Positions 38,001 through 53,600 of a stretch of 64,000 bases of DNA are shown in pieces. Both the position numbers and the translations under genes were made by a program. The notes below the pieces were generated by a model. It was not told the origin of the DNA and searched no databases. It worked only from the letters and a program-made list of their open reading frames with translations. The DNA lies in assembly GCA_964016885.1 (NCBI GenBank), contig OZ024750.1, positions 5,146,001 to 5,210,000 on the forward strand. Direction: 5' to 3'. The number at the start of each line of letters is the position of its first letter. The stretch's first letter is position 1. The stretch comes from Eledone cirrhosa. Lineage: Eukaryota.

Positions 38001-41000
38001 GTTAGACTAGTTATCCCATTGTGAGATAAGTCATGTCAGGTGACAGTGTCTTGCTCATACAGAATTGTATAAGAAATAATTTTATTTCCTATTCTGTAAT
38101 TTTCCAGATAACAGTTTTAAGCAATTTAAGAACCTTGGAGCTTTGCTAACATGTTTACGGAGAGCAAAATCAATTGGAGTTTTATATCAGCTCTCAAAAT
38201 CAACAGATGTCCGAGACAGCCGGAACTGGAATGGTGTTGTTCCATTCTCTGTTTTGAATATTGCTCTTAATCACATAAATAACCAGGTAAATATATTGTA
38301 TGATCGTTGCCATCATCATCATCATCACCATTGGTACCACTGCCATCACCATCATCATCATCATCATCATTACTATTTTCATGCCTGTATTTCAATGCTA
38401 CCATGGGTTAGATGTGTCATTACATTATTTCTCTCTACAGATACGTCTAGATGCGTACGCATTGCTGTGTGAGAACATCAAAATGACAGAACCTTTAACT
38501 CCCAAAGAGCTTTCTTTGTTGTTCAGTTTTATAAGAAACAATATCAATAACCAAGTTCCAGCTTTTCGGCAAGAACTGATTTCACATTCCAAAAAGGTTA
38601 ACATTTTTTTTTATATTATAAAATCTTATATTTTTTCATCTTCTTGATCCTCCTCCTCCTTATCATCATCATCATCAGATTTAGGTTCACTTTTCCATGC
38701 TTTCATGGGTTAGACAAGTCTTCACCACAGCTTCCCTCTCCATTTATTACATTCCTCCATCATCTCCTCTCTGAGGTTCAGTGTTCTAAGATCAGCTCTC
38801 ATCACTTCTGCTCAGGTCTTCGTTGGTCTTCCTCCACTACCACATCTCTCCACTCGTTGCTTTCCTTCGTCTCTCTGAGGTCCACCATTCTTAGATCACC
38901 TCTCACCTCTTCTGCTCAGGTCTTCCTTGGTCTTCCTCCACTACAACATCCCTCCATTTGCTTCTTTCATCATCTTCTCTCTGAGGTCCACCATTCTTAG
39001 ATCACCTCTCACCACTTCTGCTCAGGTCTTCGTTCTTCATCTACCTCAACATCTCTCCATTTATGACATTCCTTCGTCTTTCTCTGTGGTTCAGAAATTT
39101 GTGATCAGCTCTCACCACTTTTGTCCAGGTCTTCCTTGGTCTTCCTCTTCTATATGCACCACAGTCTTCCCTCTTCCACACTACATCTGATACCTGTTAT
39201 ACAGTGTACATAATTCTTCATTGTTTTCAGAATAAATTCAGACCTGACCCACGTAATTCATTAGAAATATGATAACAGATGTTTTTCCTCTATTTTTCAG
39301 TTGTTTGTCCGCATGAAGGAAAGCAGCAGGGTCCTTAAAAAAGAACAAATAAAAGCTAACCTTTCAAACAATTTCCAGACACAATATGACCATTGTAAAT
39401 ATTCCGATTATGTGGTAAGTGTCTCACTTTACAATATCAACTTTCAACCTGATTCTACTGCTGCTTTCTGGGTTGTTTCTGTTTTCAATGAGAAAGTTAT
39501 TTATGTTACTAAATCCCTCCAAATTCTTGATTATCTAAAAAAAAATAATTGAAAATCATAGGCAGTGTCTTTTATTAAAAATATGGTAATGATCATCATC
39601 ACTGTTTAACATCTATTTTTCTATGCTTACATGGGTTAGACAGGCCGTCCATGTTATAAGACAAGTCTGGCCAGTTGGCCACACAGGATCTTGCTCAAAC
39701 AGAACTGTATTTTGGCTGGGATTTTTACAGCTGGATACACCTTAACACCAACCACTTTTATAGTTTGGAAGGGTTAGTTTGAAAATCTGACAAAGAACCT
39801 CATTTACCTGATTCTATCTCGTCTCTTCATTAAAATCTCTATAAATGAAACACGGAAACCTTTCTTATTTTAGATATTCTTGTCTGACTTGATGGCGCTG
39901 CTCTTGGATAAGATTTTTCCGGCAACTCCATTTACTTGTCGGACTACCGCCCTGAGCATCATCTCACTCATTGTGGAGATTTTCAAACCAAAAGCTGTTG
40001 ATAGTAAGTGTCTCGTTAAAACATCTCATTTGTCATCATTGTCATTGCTTTCATCATCATCATCATCATTGTTAATATTGTCACTTCCCCAGGAGACAGA
40101 GTGTTAAATAGATGTAGTTTGCATCACCAATACCTTCTCAGCATTATCATCCTAACATCTTGTAATGATTTACCAAAATACTATCTAAAAATTAGTTTGT
40201 TAATTCAAATGTTTATAGAATCTTTACTAGTGGACAGATCATTGTAAAAATTTGCAGTAAAGATTTGCATAAATATTTAATGTGATCCAGTCGTAGCGTT
40301 GTTTAGTATTTTTCAAGAATGTCTTACTAATGTGGTTTTATGTGGTGAGAGTTGTTAAGTATTTAGAATTTGTTTTCACTTGTTTCAGATGCTAATTCTG
40401 ATGGTATGTTTCCTCTGTCTGCTGTGACAGAGTCAAGACAACTCACCTTGTTACAGTGTCTCACAGATACCTTTGAAGAAAATAAAACTACTGCTTTTAA
40501 AATATTCATAGCATTGCCGAAACCATTCTTTCTAAAGGTAGGTTAGATTTTTGATTATTTTCATATATTTTGTCTTAGTCAGAGATTGATTAACCCTTTA
40601 GTATTTATATTACTCTATATTTACTTTCATATTTTTGTGGTAAAGGCTTTATCTCGCATAATATCAAACCAATGAGTTATTAATTATGTTACTATTTATT
40701 TTGAGAACAATATCTTAACATTGGAATAAGCAGCCAGCTATGACCAGTTTGAAGAGAAAGAGGTGAGAGAATTCTCACCAGATATGGCCAGTTTAAATGC
40801 TAAAGGGTCCTTCCTAACACCAACCACTTTACAGAGTGTACTGAGTGTATTTTATTGTGACACCAACACTAAGGAGATAGTCATGACTTGAACACAACTG
40901 AAGAGTCCTCTCCTCTTTTTGTTTGGCAAGTTTTCTGCAGCTAAATGCCCTTCCTAACACCAGCCACTCTCCAGAGTGTACTGAGTGTATTTTATCATGA

Positions 41001-42589
41001 CACCAACATTAGAGCGGTTATCATGTCTTTGACACCAACATTAGAGCGGTTATCATGTCTTTGACACAGCTGAAGAGTCCTCTCCAGTCTTTGGCAGGCT
41101 TTCTATGACTGGATGTCCTTTCTAACACCAGCCACTTTACAGAGTGGATATTAATTCTTTTGTTATAAAATTTCTAATGAAATACATAACCACTAGGCCT
41201 GGATGAAGAAAATGTTTACTGGCAGACCACAAAAATAAAAACACAGCCTATACAGAAACACACTTTTAATTATTTTTCAATTTCCATTTTTCTATTTCCT
41301 GTGCAGAAGCCATGTTACCAGAAAGAGCTGCTTTCCATTGCCATGTCTCTTTGTAGCAGTACCAAACCCCAGGATTGTCCAACTGCTGCCTACCTTTTTC
41401 ATCTTCTGCTCTGCCAGGAGAATATTGGTGAAGTTGTAGATGATTATCATCCCCAATTATTAGCTACAACCTCAGATGATATGGAGCAGCTAAAACAACT
41501 CATCTTTAATATTAAATCTAAAACCAAAAACTACCTACATGTTGTCTGGTTACTTATAGTATTACTTAAGGACCAAGTGCAAGTTGGTCACGACTCCTTG
41601 GTCCACGCAGCTGCCAGCCGGCCCATGTATCCAACAATTCACTGTATACGTTACATCCTTACCTGTCTGGATCCAAGGTAAAGAAATTATGGTGTTTGTT
41701 TCATCATCATCATCATCATCACCACCATAATCATCATCAACAACATCATCATCAACACCATCATCAACACCATCATCATCACCATCACCACGATCATCCT
41801 CTGCAACTCATTGTTTGTCTTTTTATCTCTCAACAACATTCCAGTCATCTACCGGAACATTCTCATTTCCATTGTTTAAGGCCTTCTCTGTTGGGTCACA
41901 GGTCATGTTTCACTTACATGTCTTCCGAAGTTGGTATGGTTTCTACCAACCACTTTACAGAGTATACAGAGTGCATTTTATTATGGCACCAACACTATGG
42001 AAGTTGTCATGTCCTTGACACAACTAAGACATAACAACCTCACTAGTGTTGGTGCCATGATGAAATGCACTCTGTACTCTCTGTAAAGTTGTTGGCATAA
42101 GGAAGGGCAACCAGCCATAAAAACTACGCCAAAACCAGAGCATATGTGAGATGTGACCCCTAGACCCCTAGCTTGTCTGAGAGGAGATAGTAATTCCTAT
42201 TAAGTACTGACTTAAGCTGTGACAACTCATCCATTCCATGCCAGTAAGCAAAAATATATGTTAAATGATGATGATATATTTTATCTGATAAAATATCTTT
42301 TAATGATTGTTGTAAATGTATCTGTTTGCTAAACTTCTGTACTTTCTCTTTCACAGTGAACTGGAAGATGGCAGTGAATGTTGGAGAGATATCTTTGATA
42401 TAATTATTAATGTTTGTCTTGAGGTGTCTACTATAGTGTCTCCAGTTGTACATAACTCTTCACCTGAAGGGAATATTCCACAAGATGCTATAATGGGTGA
42501 GTTATTGCAAATTGTTTTATATACACATATATATATGTATATGTATGCCCCAGCATGGCCTCAGCCGGATGGCTGGAACAAGTAAAAGA

Positions 42590-42639
<50 letters not shown>

Positions 42640-45600
42640 CACTCACTGTAAATGAGGTTGGTGTTAGGAAGGGCATCCAGCTGTAGAAATCAAGCCAAAA
42701 TCAGTTCCTGTATGAGCAAGGCATGGTCAGCCGACCAGACACTGCCCACAACAGGACAACCCGTCTAACCCATGCTAGCATGGAAGAATGGACGTAAAAC
42801 GGTGATGATGATGATAATGATGAGTGCAGTTACTGTCAGGCCAGATCGATACAGATTGAACCTTGAGCTGATCAATAGCGAAACACGTGTCACCAATCAA
42901 TAGCATAATGAAGGCATAACAATTTGTCCTTTTACTATTTTATAAATATATATATATAAAAAGTCAAGTCCTGGGGTTTGTTCTTCTTCTATATATCTTT
43001 CTGTCTATCCTTCTCTGGAAGAAATCTGCTGTTTTCAAACCTGGAGAGGAATGAGCTCTACCAGGTTTTTAAAATGCCTTAAATACCGCTGAATACAGCA
43101 CCCATTATGACTCCTTCAGGAGTTACAGGACCATGAATGCATATACATATATATACATATATAGTTTCAACACACAGTCGTAGATCAAGTGACTTGCCAT
43201 ACTAGTACAACTGTTACTAATGCTAACTCAACAAAGGACCTTTAGTTACTCTCTAAAACTGTTGTTAATTTGAACACTATTTTTATAGTTAACTTGATAC
43301 TGTTGCTAATGTTAGCTCCACATTAATCCCTGGTTAACTTAAAACTGTTGCTAATGTTTTTTGTGATATTTTGTATACACAACACATTGACTATTGCTAA
43401 TGATTCCTTTTTGTAGATTTAAACTCACTCAGAATTTCTTCTTTTTTTTTATATTTACTGTAGGTCCTGGGTTAAATGTCGGTGCCCTTGTAACGTGTCA
43501 AAGAGACCAAGAGGCCCTTCAGAATGCTATTTCTCAGAGTAATGAATTGGTGACCCTGATGCCAGAATACTTGGTCGTCTGTTGCTGGAGGAGTATCAAA
43601 GAAGTGTCATTGTTACTAGGGCAAATATGTCAAGATATTTCAGTGGGAGAGGAAGATGTTCATCTCACTGATAAACCTACTTTAATCACAGTTAATCAGG
43701 TTTGTTCAATAATTTCCATTTTACTATAAAGTCACTCTTGATATTTTCTGACCATCAAGAATTTTACTTGAATTCTAATATAATTTGTAAATATTAACCA
43801 GAAACTCTCCTATATGAGCAAGACACTGTCACCTGACCCAACTTGCCTCTAAATGGGACAAACCCGTCTAACCCATGCTAGCATGGAAGATAGACGTTAA
43901 TCGATGATGATGATGATAACTCTTTAGCATTATTTTACTTTCTATAAGGGCGGAGGGTTTGGCAGAATTGATACAGCGTCGATCAACTTACGACCTTTTA
44001 CGTTCTGAGTTCAAATCCTGCTGAGGTTAGCTTTGCCTTTCATCCTTACAGGGTTGATAAAATAAAGTACCAGTAATGCACTGGAGTCTATTTAATCGAC
44101 CCCCCCCCCCAAAAAAAAAAGAATTTCTGGCCTTGTGCCTATATAAGAAACCATTATTTTACTTTCTATTTTCAATAGGTTGTATCAATAGGAGATTATT
44201 TCACAACACAGCTTTTGGAGTCAAAACACAGAGGAGCGTTTGAACTTGCTTATGCTGGCTTTGTAAAGATGTGTGACATGTTATGGAGGTTTGTAGCCAA
44301 TGAGATTTTGTTTTGTCTAAAAATATCTTTCTTTTCATAGTAAATGTTCTACTGGGTTATATGATAAATTACAATTTTAATTCAGTTACTCTCGGATCCC
44401 AAATAATAGGATGAGGGGGTGGGGGGGTTGATAATTTTTCTAGGTTGTCTCCGTTGATTTTTTTTTTAAAACCAGAATTAATTATTTAGTTTACATATTG
44501 AGACCCCCAACCGATCTTATTTATTTTATAACTTATGGGATTTCTAGTAATGTACTTTTTTTTTGTCTTGTATAATGTTTTTTAATGTATAAAGAAAAGA
44601 AAATTTTGCAGGAATGCCACCACTTAAAATAAAATTTGTATGTATGTGTATGAGTGTTTATGTGTGTATGTGAGTTTGTGTGTGTATGAGTGTTTGTGTG
44701 TATATTTCTGTGTGTGTTTTCTAAATAAATTATCTAAAACTAACACCATATCTAAATTATCTTCTGTGTCTGTAGAAGTTCTATTCCCTCTGTTCATACG
44801 TTACCCTGTCAATGGTTAGACAGCATTATGGATGCCATCAGTTGCCAGAATTCTTCCTCCAAGTTTTGTGCCACTCGAAGAAGTGCAGGAATTCCATTTT
44901 ATGTACAGGTATCATCATTTCATTTTACGTCCGCTTTTTTCCCTGCTTTCAAGGGTGGGACGGGAACTGATTCTGGCTTGATTTCTACAGCTGGATGCCC
45001 TTCCTAACACCAACCTCATTTACAGTGAGTGCTGGGTGCTTTTTTGCCGTGGCACCTACATGTCCACTTTACAGTGGAATGATATGGACCCCAGTCCCTA
45101 TCATCTCATTTCTACAGCTGAGTAAACTGGAGCAATGTGAAATAAAGCGTCTTGCTCAAGGAAACAATACATCGCCCGGTCTGAGAATTGAACTCACAAC
45201 CTTTCGATTGCAAGGCCAATGCTCTAACCACTAAGCATGTACTCTGTAAAGTGGTTGGTGATTCAGTGGAGAGAATACAGGATAGAGAAGACTTCAGTAC
45301 ATCCAGTACATTCTGTAAAGTTGTTGTTGATTGAGTGGAGAAAATATATGGTAGAGAGGACTCTTCAGACTGATGTATGACAATCTCTCTAGAACTCTGT
45401 AAAGTAGCAGTGCTGGGGACATGGTAAAATGTACTCTGTACACTCTGTAAAGTAGTTAGTGTTAAATTATTTCTCTGATCAGTAAACTGTTAAACTATTT
45501 CTCTCTTAATCTGGTTAACTGTTAAACTATTTCTCTCTTAATCCGGTTAACTGTTAAACTATTTCTCTCTTAATCCGGTTAACTGTTAAACTATTTCTCT

Positions 45601-47561
45601 CTTAATCCGGTTAACTGTTAAACTATTTCTCTCTTAATCCAGTTAACTGTTAAACTATTTCTCTCTTAATCCGGTTAACTGTTAAACTATTTCCCTGTTA
45701 ATTCAGTTAACTGTTAAACTATTTGCCTGTTGATTCACTTAACTGTTAAACTATTTGCAGGCTATTGTTTCTACAGAACCAATCAGTACAGGAAATGTAA
45801 ATTTTAAACAGACAATGGTTAAATTGCTTCAGTTAGCTACAAATGAAACTACTGCCGACTCCAAATCAACAGAAAGCAAGGTTAATCTTTGTTATATATA
45901 TTTTCTTTTTAATCCATTTGTTACCATATTTCTAATGAAATACACTGCATAAATCTGTAATTGTTCCCTTTCTCTACATTAGGTACATGCTCTCAATATC
46001 CTTCGTTCGTTGTACCGAGATACTCGTCTGGGTGAAAGTGTGGCTACATATGTTGCTGATGGTCTCAAGGCAGCCATCTTAGGGTTTTCATCACATCTGT
46101 GGGCTGTAAGTGAACAAAATATTTCATTTTATTCTTGGTAAAAAATAAAAAGAGTCATCCTACATCTGACCAAGTGCCTGTTTAGTAAACCTTCATTCAC
46201 AAACACACTATAACAACTTCACCAACACAACCACAACACTACAACAACACCTCACACACTACAATAACCAACATCACTAACAAACATACTACAATAACTA
46301 TCAACACCTCACACACACACTACAACACAATACCACACACACTACAGCACAATACCAGACACACTACAACACAACACCTCACACACTACAACACAACACC
46401 ACACACACTACAACACAGCATCTTACACACACTACAACACATCACCACACACACTACACCACCACACAACACCACACACACTACAACACAGCACCTTACA
46501 CACACTACAACACAATACCACACACACTACAACACAACACCTCACACACTACAACACAACACCACACACACTACAACACAGCATCTTACACACACTACAA
46601 CACATCACCACACACACTACACCACCACACAACACCACACACACTACAACACAGCACCTTACACACACTACAACACAATACCACACACACTACAACACAA
46701 CACCTCACACACTACAACACAACACCACACACACTACAACACAACACCACACACACTACAACACAGCATCTTACACACACTACAACACCACACAACACCA
46801 CACACACTACAACACCACACAACACCACACACACTACAACACAGCACCTTACACACACTACAACACAACACCACACACACTACAACACAGCATCTTACAC
46901 ACACTACAACACATCACCACACACACTACAACACCACACACACTACAACACAGCACCTTACACACACTACAACACAACACCTTACACACACTACAACACA
47001 ACACCTTACACACACTACAACACAACACCTTACACACACTACAACACAGCACCTTACACACACTACAACACAACACCTTACACACACTACAACACAACAC
47101 CTTACACACACTACAACACAACACCTTACACACACTACAACACAACACCTTACACACACTACAACACAACACCTTACACACACTACAACACAACACCTTA
47201 CACACACTACAACACAGCACCTTACACACACTACAACACAGCACCTTACACACACTACAACACAACACCTTACACACACTACAACACAGTACCTTACACA
47301 CGCTACAACACAACACAACACCACACTGTATTTCCATTCTGTCTCTTCTAGCAGCAGTTTTAATATATTTCTCCCATGTACTGTGCCATTTGTTTTGTTA
47401 TTTCTGTTTATCTTTTATATATTTATATATATTTAATTAAAAAGTGAACAACACAAAACATAACCTTTGGTAATGGAGTAGTTATATTTTGTGTTGTTCA
47501 CTTTCTAATTAAATAGCTCTGTTCTATACATAGAGCACTCTTTTTCCTTCGGAATTACCTA

Positions 47562-47611
<50 letters not shown>

Positions 47612-50600
47612 GTTTGTGTGTGTTTATATACATATGTGTGTACATATATACATTGAGTTCTGTTTATTTTACATTAATTTTCAGTTTTTGTTTTATTTTC
47701 TATTTTCAGATAACAAATTCTGCCACACTTTTACTAAGTTCTCTCATGACGAGGATTTTCGGTGTTAATCGAACGAAACTTGATAAAAATCTACCACGAA
47801 AAAATTGGTGAGTAAAATTATAAGCAAGACATGGTTATCTGCACCAGTAATACACTGGAGTAATTGCTGGCCTTGTGGCAAAAGTAGAAACAATTATTAA
47901 ATATTAATTTCTAAATTTCCAGAATTGATCTTTTATCTTTTACAGTCAAACTGGTCGTACATTCTTCACTCATTATCCAAGTCTGTATCAATTTCTATTG
48001 GAACAAATTGATAAAGCAAGTCCCCAGCTTCAGTGAGTCTCATATTTTTATCATTCTGTTAGTTTTTGTAGTTTAGTATTTAATCAGAAAATTGGAAGAG
48101 TTGATGGCAATGTGGAAAAACAATGTAAAACTACAACAATCGTGTTAAAACATTTCATTAAATTCCTTAGTATTTGTTACGGTTCTCTGTGCCAGTATTT
48201 AGAAGGTAAATTGGAATGTTTAAGAGTTGCTAGCCCTAGTCCCAATGCTGTGTTAAAGGGTTGCTGGCCTAGTCCCAATGCCATGTTGAAGGGTTGCTGG
48301 TGGCCCTAGTCCTAATGCCATGTTGAAGGGTTGCTGGTGGCCCTAGTCTCAATGCCATGTTAAAAGGTTACAGAGCTGTTATTTTGCCTCTCTTAATTTA
48401 GGACTTGTGAGACATGAAGTGTTTACAGTAGGAACTCCAGAGGTGATTAAAAGGGTTGGTATGAGGAAAGGCATCTGACTGTAAACCATTGCTTTACAAA
48501 GTCCTCTCTGATGCCAGCATGAAAAACTGGATGTAAAAACAATGGTTTTTGTATAGAAAAAATATTATTTGTTTCAGAAAGTTTCTAATGTATATTTTCT
48601 TAAATGTTTCCATTTCAGAAGAGAAAACAGTTCTGTATCCATAAACCCCACTCTCTACCCAGTCCTTCTAGTTCTTGGTCGTCTTTATCCTTCAACTTTA
48701 GATGGAGTACACATGGGATTGAATTTAAATGCTTTCATTCCGTATATAATCAGGTACGTATTATATATACCCTAACAGTTAATTCACTGGTTGACCTTGT
48801 ATCTCCAGAGGAACTGTCGTACATTTTTTGGTGTATCTTGGAACGGTAAAATCCATTGGATTTGTAAAGTTAGTGTGCATGGATGAGCTAAGAAAAACAC
48901 TGAGCATACGTGGAAGTGCTGGTGTCATGATAAAATGCACCCAGTACACTCTTTAAAGTGGTTGGCAATAGGAAGGGCATTTGGCCATAGAAACCATAGT
49001 AAAATGAAACATATGAACATGGGTTTGCTCTCAAACCCATCAAGTCTTGGACCATAAAAACTTGTTCAATCCAGGACATAAAACAATGATGACAACAAAT
49101 GTGTTCTGTAATAAACTTTACACAATCTATTCAACAGGCTGTGAATTGACAGAGTCATTATGGTGTCAGATTAAATACCTCAATAATTGTTCTGGGTTCA
49201 AATCCTGCTGATGTCACCTTTGCCTCTCATCCTGTTGAAGTTGATAAATACCAGTCAAATACTTGGATCAATTCTTTCTCTTTCTCTTGCTCTATCCCTT
49301 TTTCTTGAAGAATCAACTGTGTTCACACCTTGGAAAGGAAGGGGCTTTGCCAGGTTTAAAATGCCATATGTTATGGTGGTGCCCCTATAACTCCATCAAG
49401 AGTTAAGGGCCTCTTCCTTTCCTTTTCCTACCCAGCAGATATGTACTGTAATAGATGTTATATATGTTTAATTCTATATTATAGATGTTCTGCTAGTCCT
49501 ATCATGAAAACCAGAGAGATGGCTGCTCGAGCCTTGAAACCACTCGTATCCAAAGATCAGCTAGCACTAACTATAAATAAACTTCTCTCACATATCCCTA
49601 CTGACAAAACTGGCAACATTTCTCAGAATTTTCTACATGGACTCCTACTTCAAGTAATTCCATCACTTCTTCTTTTTTTTTATTGTTTATTCTCAGTTTT
49701 GTATTGTTTTTCAGTTGCTAATATTTTCTGATGGTCACAACTCCTGAAATAAAGAGCAGTGTTCTTCTCTGAACAGATCTTCCTTGCTGAAGATCGTTAT
49801 GTCCACACACACCCAGTAAAAATTGAGTTGGACCAGGACATATTTCAAATTCCTTTGTCTGCTCTCACTACATAACTCCATACTCTACCACACAGTAAAG
49901 TTCCAAGGGACTTTTAGTGGTAGGAGTTGTGGTTCTCTCTCTATTGTCCAATATGTTTATGTACATCTACAGATGCTTCATCTTCTGACACGTAGTGATG
50001 CAGTGTAGAGAGAGTATAAAGTGCAGTGTCAACTTATTACAGTCTCTGCACAGATATTTCACACATTGACATGCAGTGATGTAGTGTATATAGTGCAGTG
50101 TGAACTTGTTGCAGTCTCTGCACAGATACTGTACACAGTGACATGCAGTGTGAACTTGTTGCAGTCTCTGCACAGATACTGTACACGGTGACATGCAGTG
50201 ATGTAGTGTATATAGTGCAGTGTGAACTTGTTGCAGTCTCTCCACAGATACTGTACACGGTGACATGCAGTGATGTAGTGTATATAGTGCAGTGTCAACT
50301 TGTTGCAGTCTCTGCACAGATACTGTACACAGTGACATGCAGTGATGTAGTGTATATAGTGCAGTGTGAACTTGTTGCAGTCTCTGCACAGATACTGTAC
50401 ACAGTGACATGCAGTGATGTAGTGTATATAGTGCAGTGTGAACTTGTTGCAGCCTCTCCACAGATACTGTACACAGTGACATGCAGTGATGTAGTGTATA
50501 TAGTGCAGTGAGAACTTGTTGCAGCCTCTCCACAGATACTGTACACAGTGATGTAGTATATGCAGTGTATTTCTATAAATACAATTACTGGTTCTACTAT

Positions 50601-53600
50601 AATATCACAGTTCTCTCTCTATATTTCTATAGATACAACAGTTAGTACTTCTCTTACCATCTCTGATACAATGCCATCAGGAATCTGTTATTGATGATAT
50701 CATGGAGACTTTCTATAAAAGACTATGGATTCTTTCATGGTAAGTATAGCTATATTTATTTTAGTTAAACTTCAGAACAGTTAAACATTTGACAGCATGG
50801 AAAGTGAGTGTGATATTATAATGAAGGGTTTCTATTTTTTCACTATTATCGTCACCATGAAGGTTTTGTGTTTAAGATGCTGGGATTACAATTGTAAGGT
50901 GATGAGTTCAATTCCTGGGCCAGGTAGAGTGTTATGTCCTTGAGCAAGACACTTTATTTCATGTTACTCCTCCTGTCCACTCCGCTGGAATATGTGAGTT
51001 ACAACAACACTGATTCCAAGCTGAATTAGACTCTGCCTTTCTCTTGGACAACATACATGAGTGACTGCAAAACACTTTGCCCAAGTTTGGGCCTTACAGA
51101 AGAACTTTCTAGATGTAAAACCATGATAAATCATGACTGTGGGTGCCTCTCTCTGTGTATGTTGACTGTGAGGTCTTCACTGTGCGTGTATGTTGACTGT
51201 GAGGGCCTCTGTGTGTGTGTGTGTGGCTTTAATAATTTCGTATGATATTTTCTAACCTTGTTTCTTTTTCCAAATTCTCTCTTCAGTCCTTCAATTTGTT
51301 TGATCATCCGACAAGTGACCCTTGATATCACAATGTCCTTTGTATCAGAGGATTTCACTACTCTACAATCTTCATCTTCCCACTCACTCCTAGTGTCTAC
51401 TCTCAAGGACCTTTGTGATGTAGAATATAAAAATCTAAGCTTTCTCTCCCCTATCTGGCTCCCTGGTCAGGCTCAGTATCTGGTAACTGTGTGTAAAATC
51501 CAACTCTGGAAGCTGAGACAGACTCAAGGCGAAGCTGAAGACTTTCAAGCTTCGTGCCAGATTCTTATGGATTACATGAATTCTTCTCTCTACGAAATAC
51601 GTTTGGAAGTTCTTCATTGGATAAAGAAGGAATGTGAATGTAAAAACCATTTGGAAGATACCAGTGACCCATTTCAACTTTTTTTAGAATATGTCTGTCA
51701 TTCTGCAGAGTTTGTAAACTCTCTATTGACATTCATTTATTCAGAAGATCACCCACAATGTCTGGCAGAAGTAAGTTCCATTATTCAGTATCTCAGAAAA
51801 TTTCTATTCTATTGACTTTCTTCGTAGATGCAAATAATGTTGTGATAAAAGAATATCAAATATTGAGTATGTTGCTGTCTATGTCTGTCTGTCTGTCTCT
51901 AATATCTTTGATTCTCTATCTTTTTGCCTGTCTGTCTATCTGTTAGACCATCTATCTGGTTGCCTGCCTGTCTATCTATCTGATTGCTTGTCTTTCTATC
52001 TATCTGTTTGCTTGTCTGTCTATCTATCTATCTGTTAGACCATCTATCATATTGTTTGTCTGTCTATCTATCTGTTAGACCATCTATCATATTGTTTGTC
52101 TGTCTATCTATCTGTTAGACAGACAAACAATCAGATAGATAGACAGACAAACAATATGATAGATGGTCTATCTATCTGATTGCCTGTCTCTCTATCTATC
52201 TGTTAGACCGTCTCTCTGTCTATCTGTTAGACCATCTATCTGATTGCCTGTCTGTCTGTCTATCTAGTTGTTTATCTTTGTACACGTTTTTACATCTCAG
52301 GGATATTTTACCCAATTTATTTATAGTGATTAAGAGTTATTAAGAGTCATTTTATACATTGGGACACCCACATTTCTTAAATCATAAGATTGTTTAATAA
52401 TAATATTATTTTCTCTAAATGTCATTTATTCTTGTTTTTGTTTTTATCTTAAGGTGTTTCGACTCTTCATCTGTCCACCATTAGCAACCCACCTCACACA
52501 GATGGAGTTATCAAAAGCTTCAAAGGTATGGAGGATATTTTGTTTTACACATTCATTTATTTATAAATATGTAATGAAACTTGTTGTTATTTAACCCCAG
52601 CAAAGCCCTGTTCTAGCCATGATCACCTCATATTTTAGTGGTTAGTGTTGGGTTCAACAAAGCCCTGTTCCAGCTATGATCATTTCACCTTTTAGTTGTT
52701 AGTGTTGGGCTCAACAAAGCCCTGTTCCATCCCTGATCATCTCGTCTTGTAGTTGTTAGTGTTGGGTTCACAAAAGTCATGTTCCCGTCATGATCATTTC
52801 ACCTTTGTATGCATATGCACATATACACATGCACATACATATACACATATACGTCAGCATGTTGAAAAAAATTCTAGTTTATGAAATGTCCATAAACTAG
52901 TTGATCTCATATCTTCATCATGTCCTCTGTTTTCCTTCATTATATGATCCTTTTCCCCCTGGCTTCCTTTTACATAACTTTGTCCAACTTATCTTGTCAT
53001 TTGTTCATGTCATATAGTTGATATTAAATAACTGTTGTTGTTGTTGTTATTTTCAGCTGTCCCATCACATAGTCGATCTACTAGAGAGCTACCAAGGGTG
53101 AGTTAGTTAATTCTCTTGTAAATTCTTACAGTTCAGCTGGTGTCAAGTTAGTAGAGAGATTAGTCTGAAGTCAGTCTCATGCCCGGAAGCTCATCTCATC
53201 AGGCCGGTGCTTATCCCAGTTTCTGTGGCATGAAGCAACTGAGAGTACAAGACTTTTCTCCTGGATAGGATGCAAGACCATCATCGTTGGTACTCATTTT
53301 CAGCTGAGTATACTGGAGTGATTTAAAATGAAGTGTTTTTCTCAAGGACACAACATGCAACCCAGTCCTGGAATCAAACCCATGACATTATGATCATAAG
53401 TCCAACACCCTAACCACTAGGCCTCGTGTATCCAGTGATTAAGATGATGGATTAAATACTTTATTATGGTATTTGTTCCAGGTCTAAGTGCTTTGAGTTC
53501 AAACTGCACTGAGATCAATTTTTATTCATCTGAGGTCAGTAAAATATAGTAGCAGTCCAGTAACAATGCCCTGTGCTGTTTGTTCTTGGACAATTCTACA

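Noticed and set aside
41696-42034. Poly-His ORF
   Set aside because: It is a (CAT)n microsatellite immediately after a splice donor.
46858-47337. Cys-rich ORFs resembling metallothionein or keratin-associated proteins
   Set aside because: They are translations of a 24-bp intronic minisatellite antisense to THADA, open in several frames.
49967-50546. His/Cys-rich repeat ORFs
   Set aside because: They come from a 72-bp minisatellite within a THADA intron and have no unique coding sequence.
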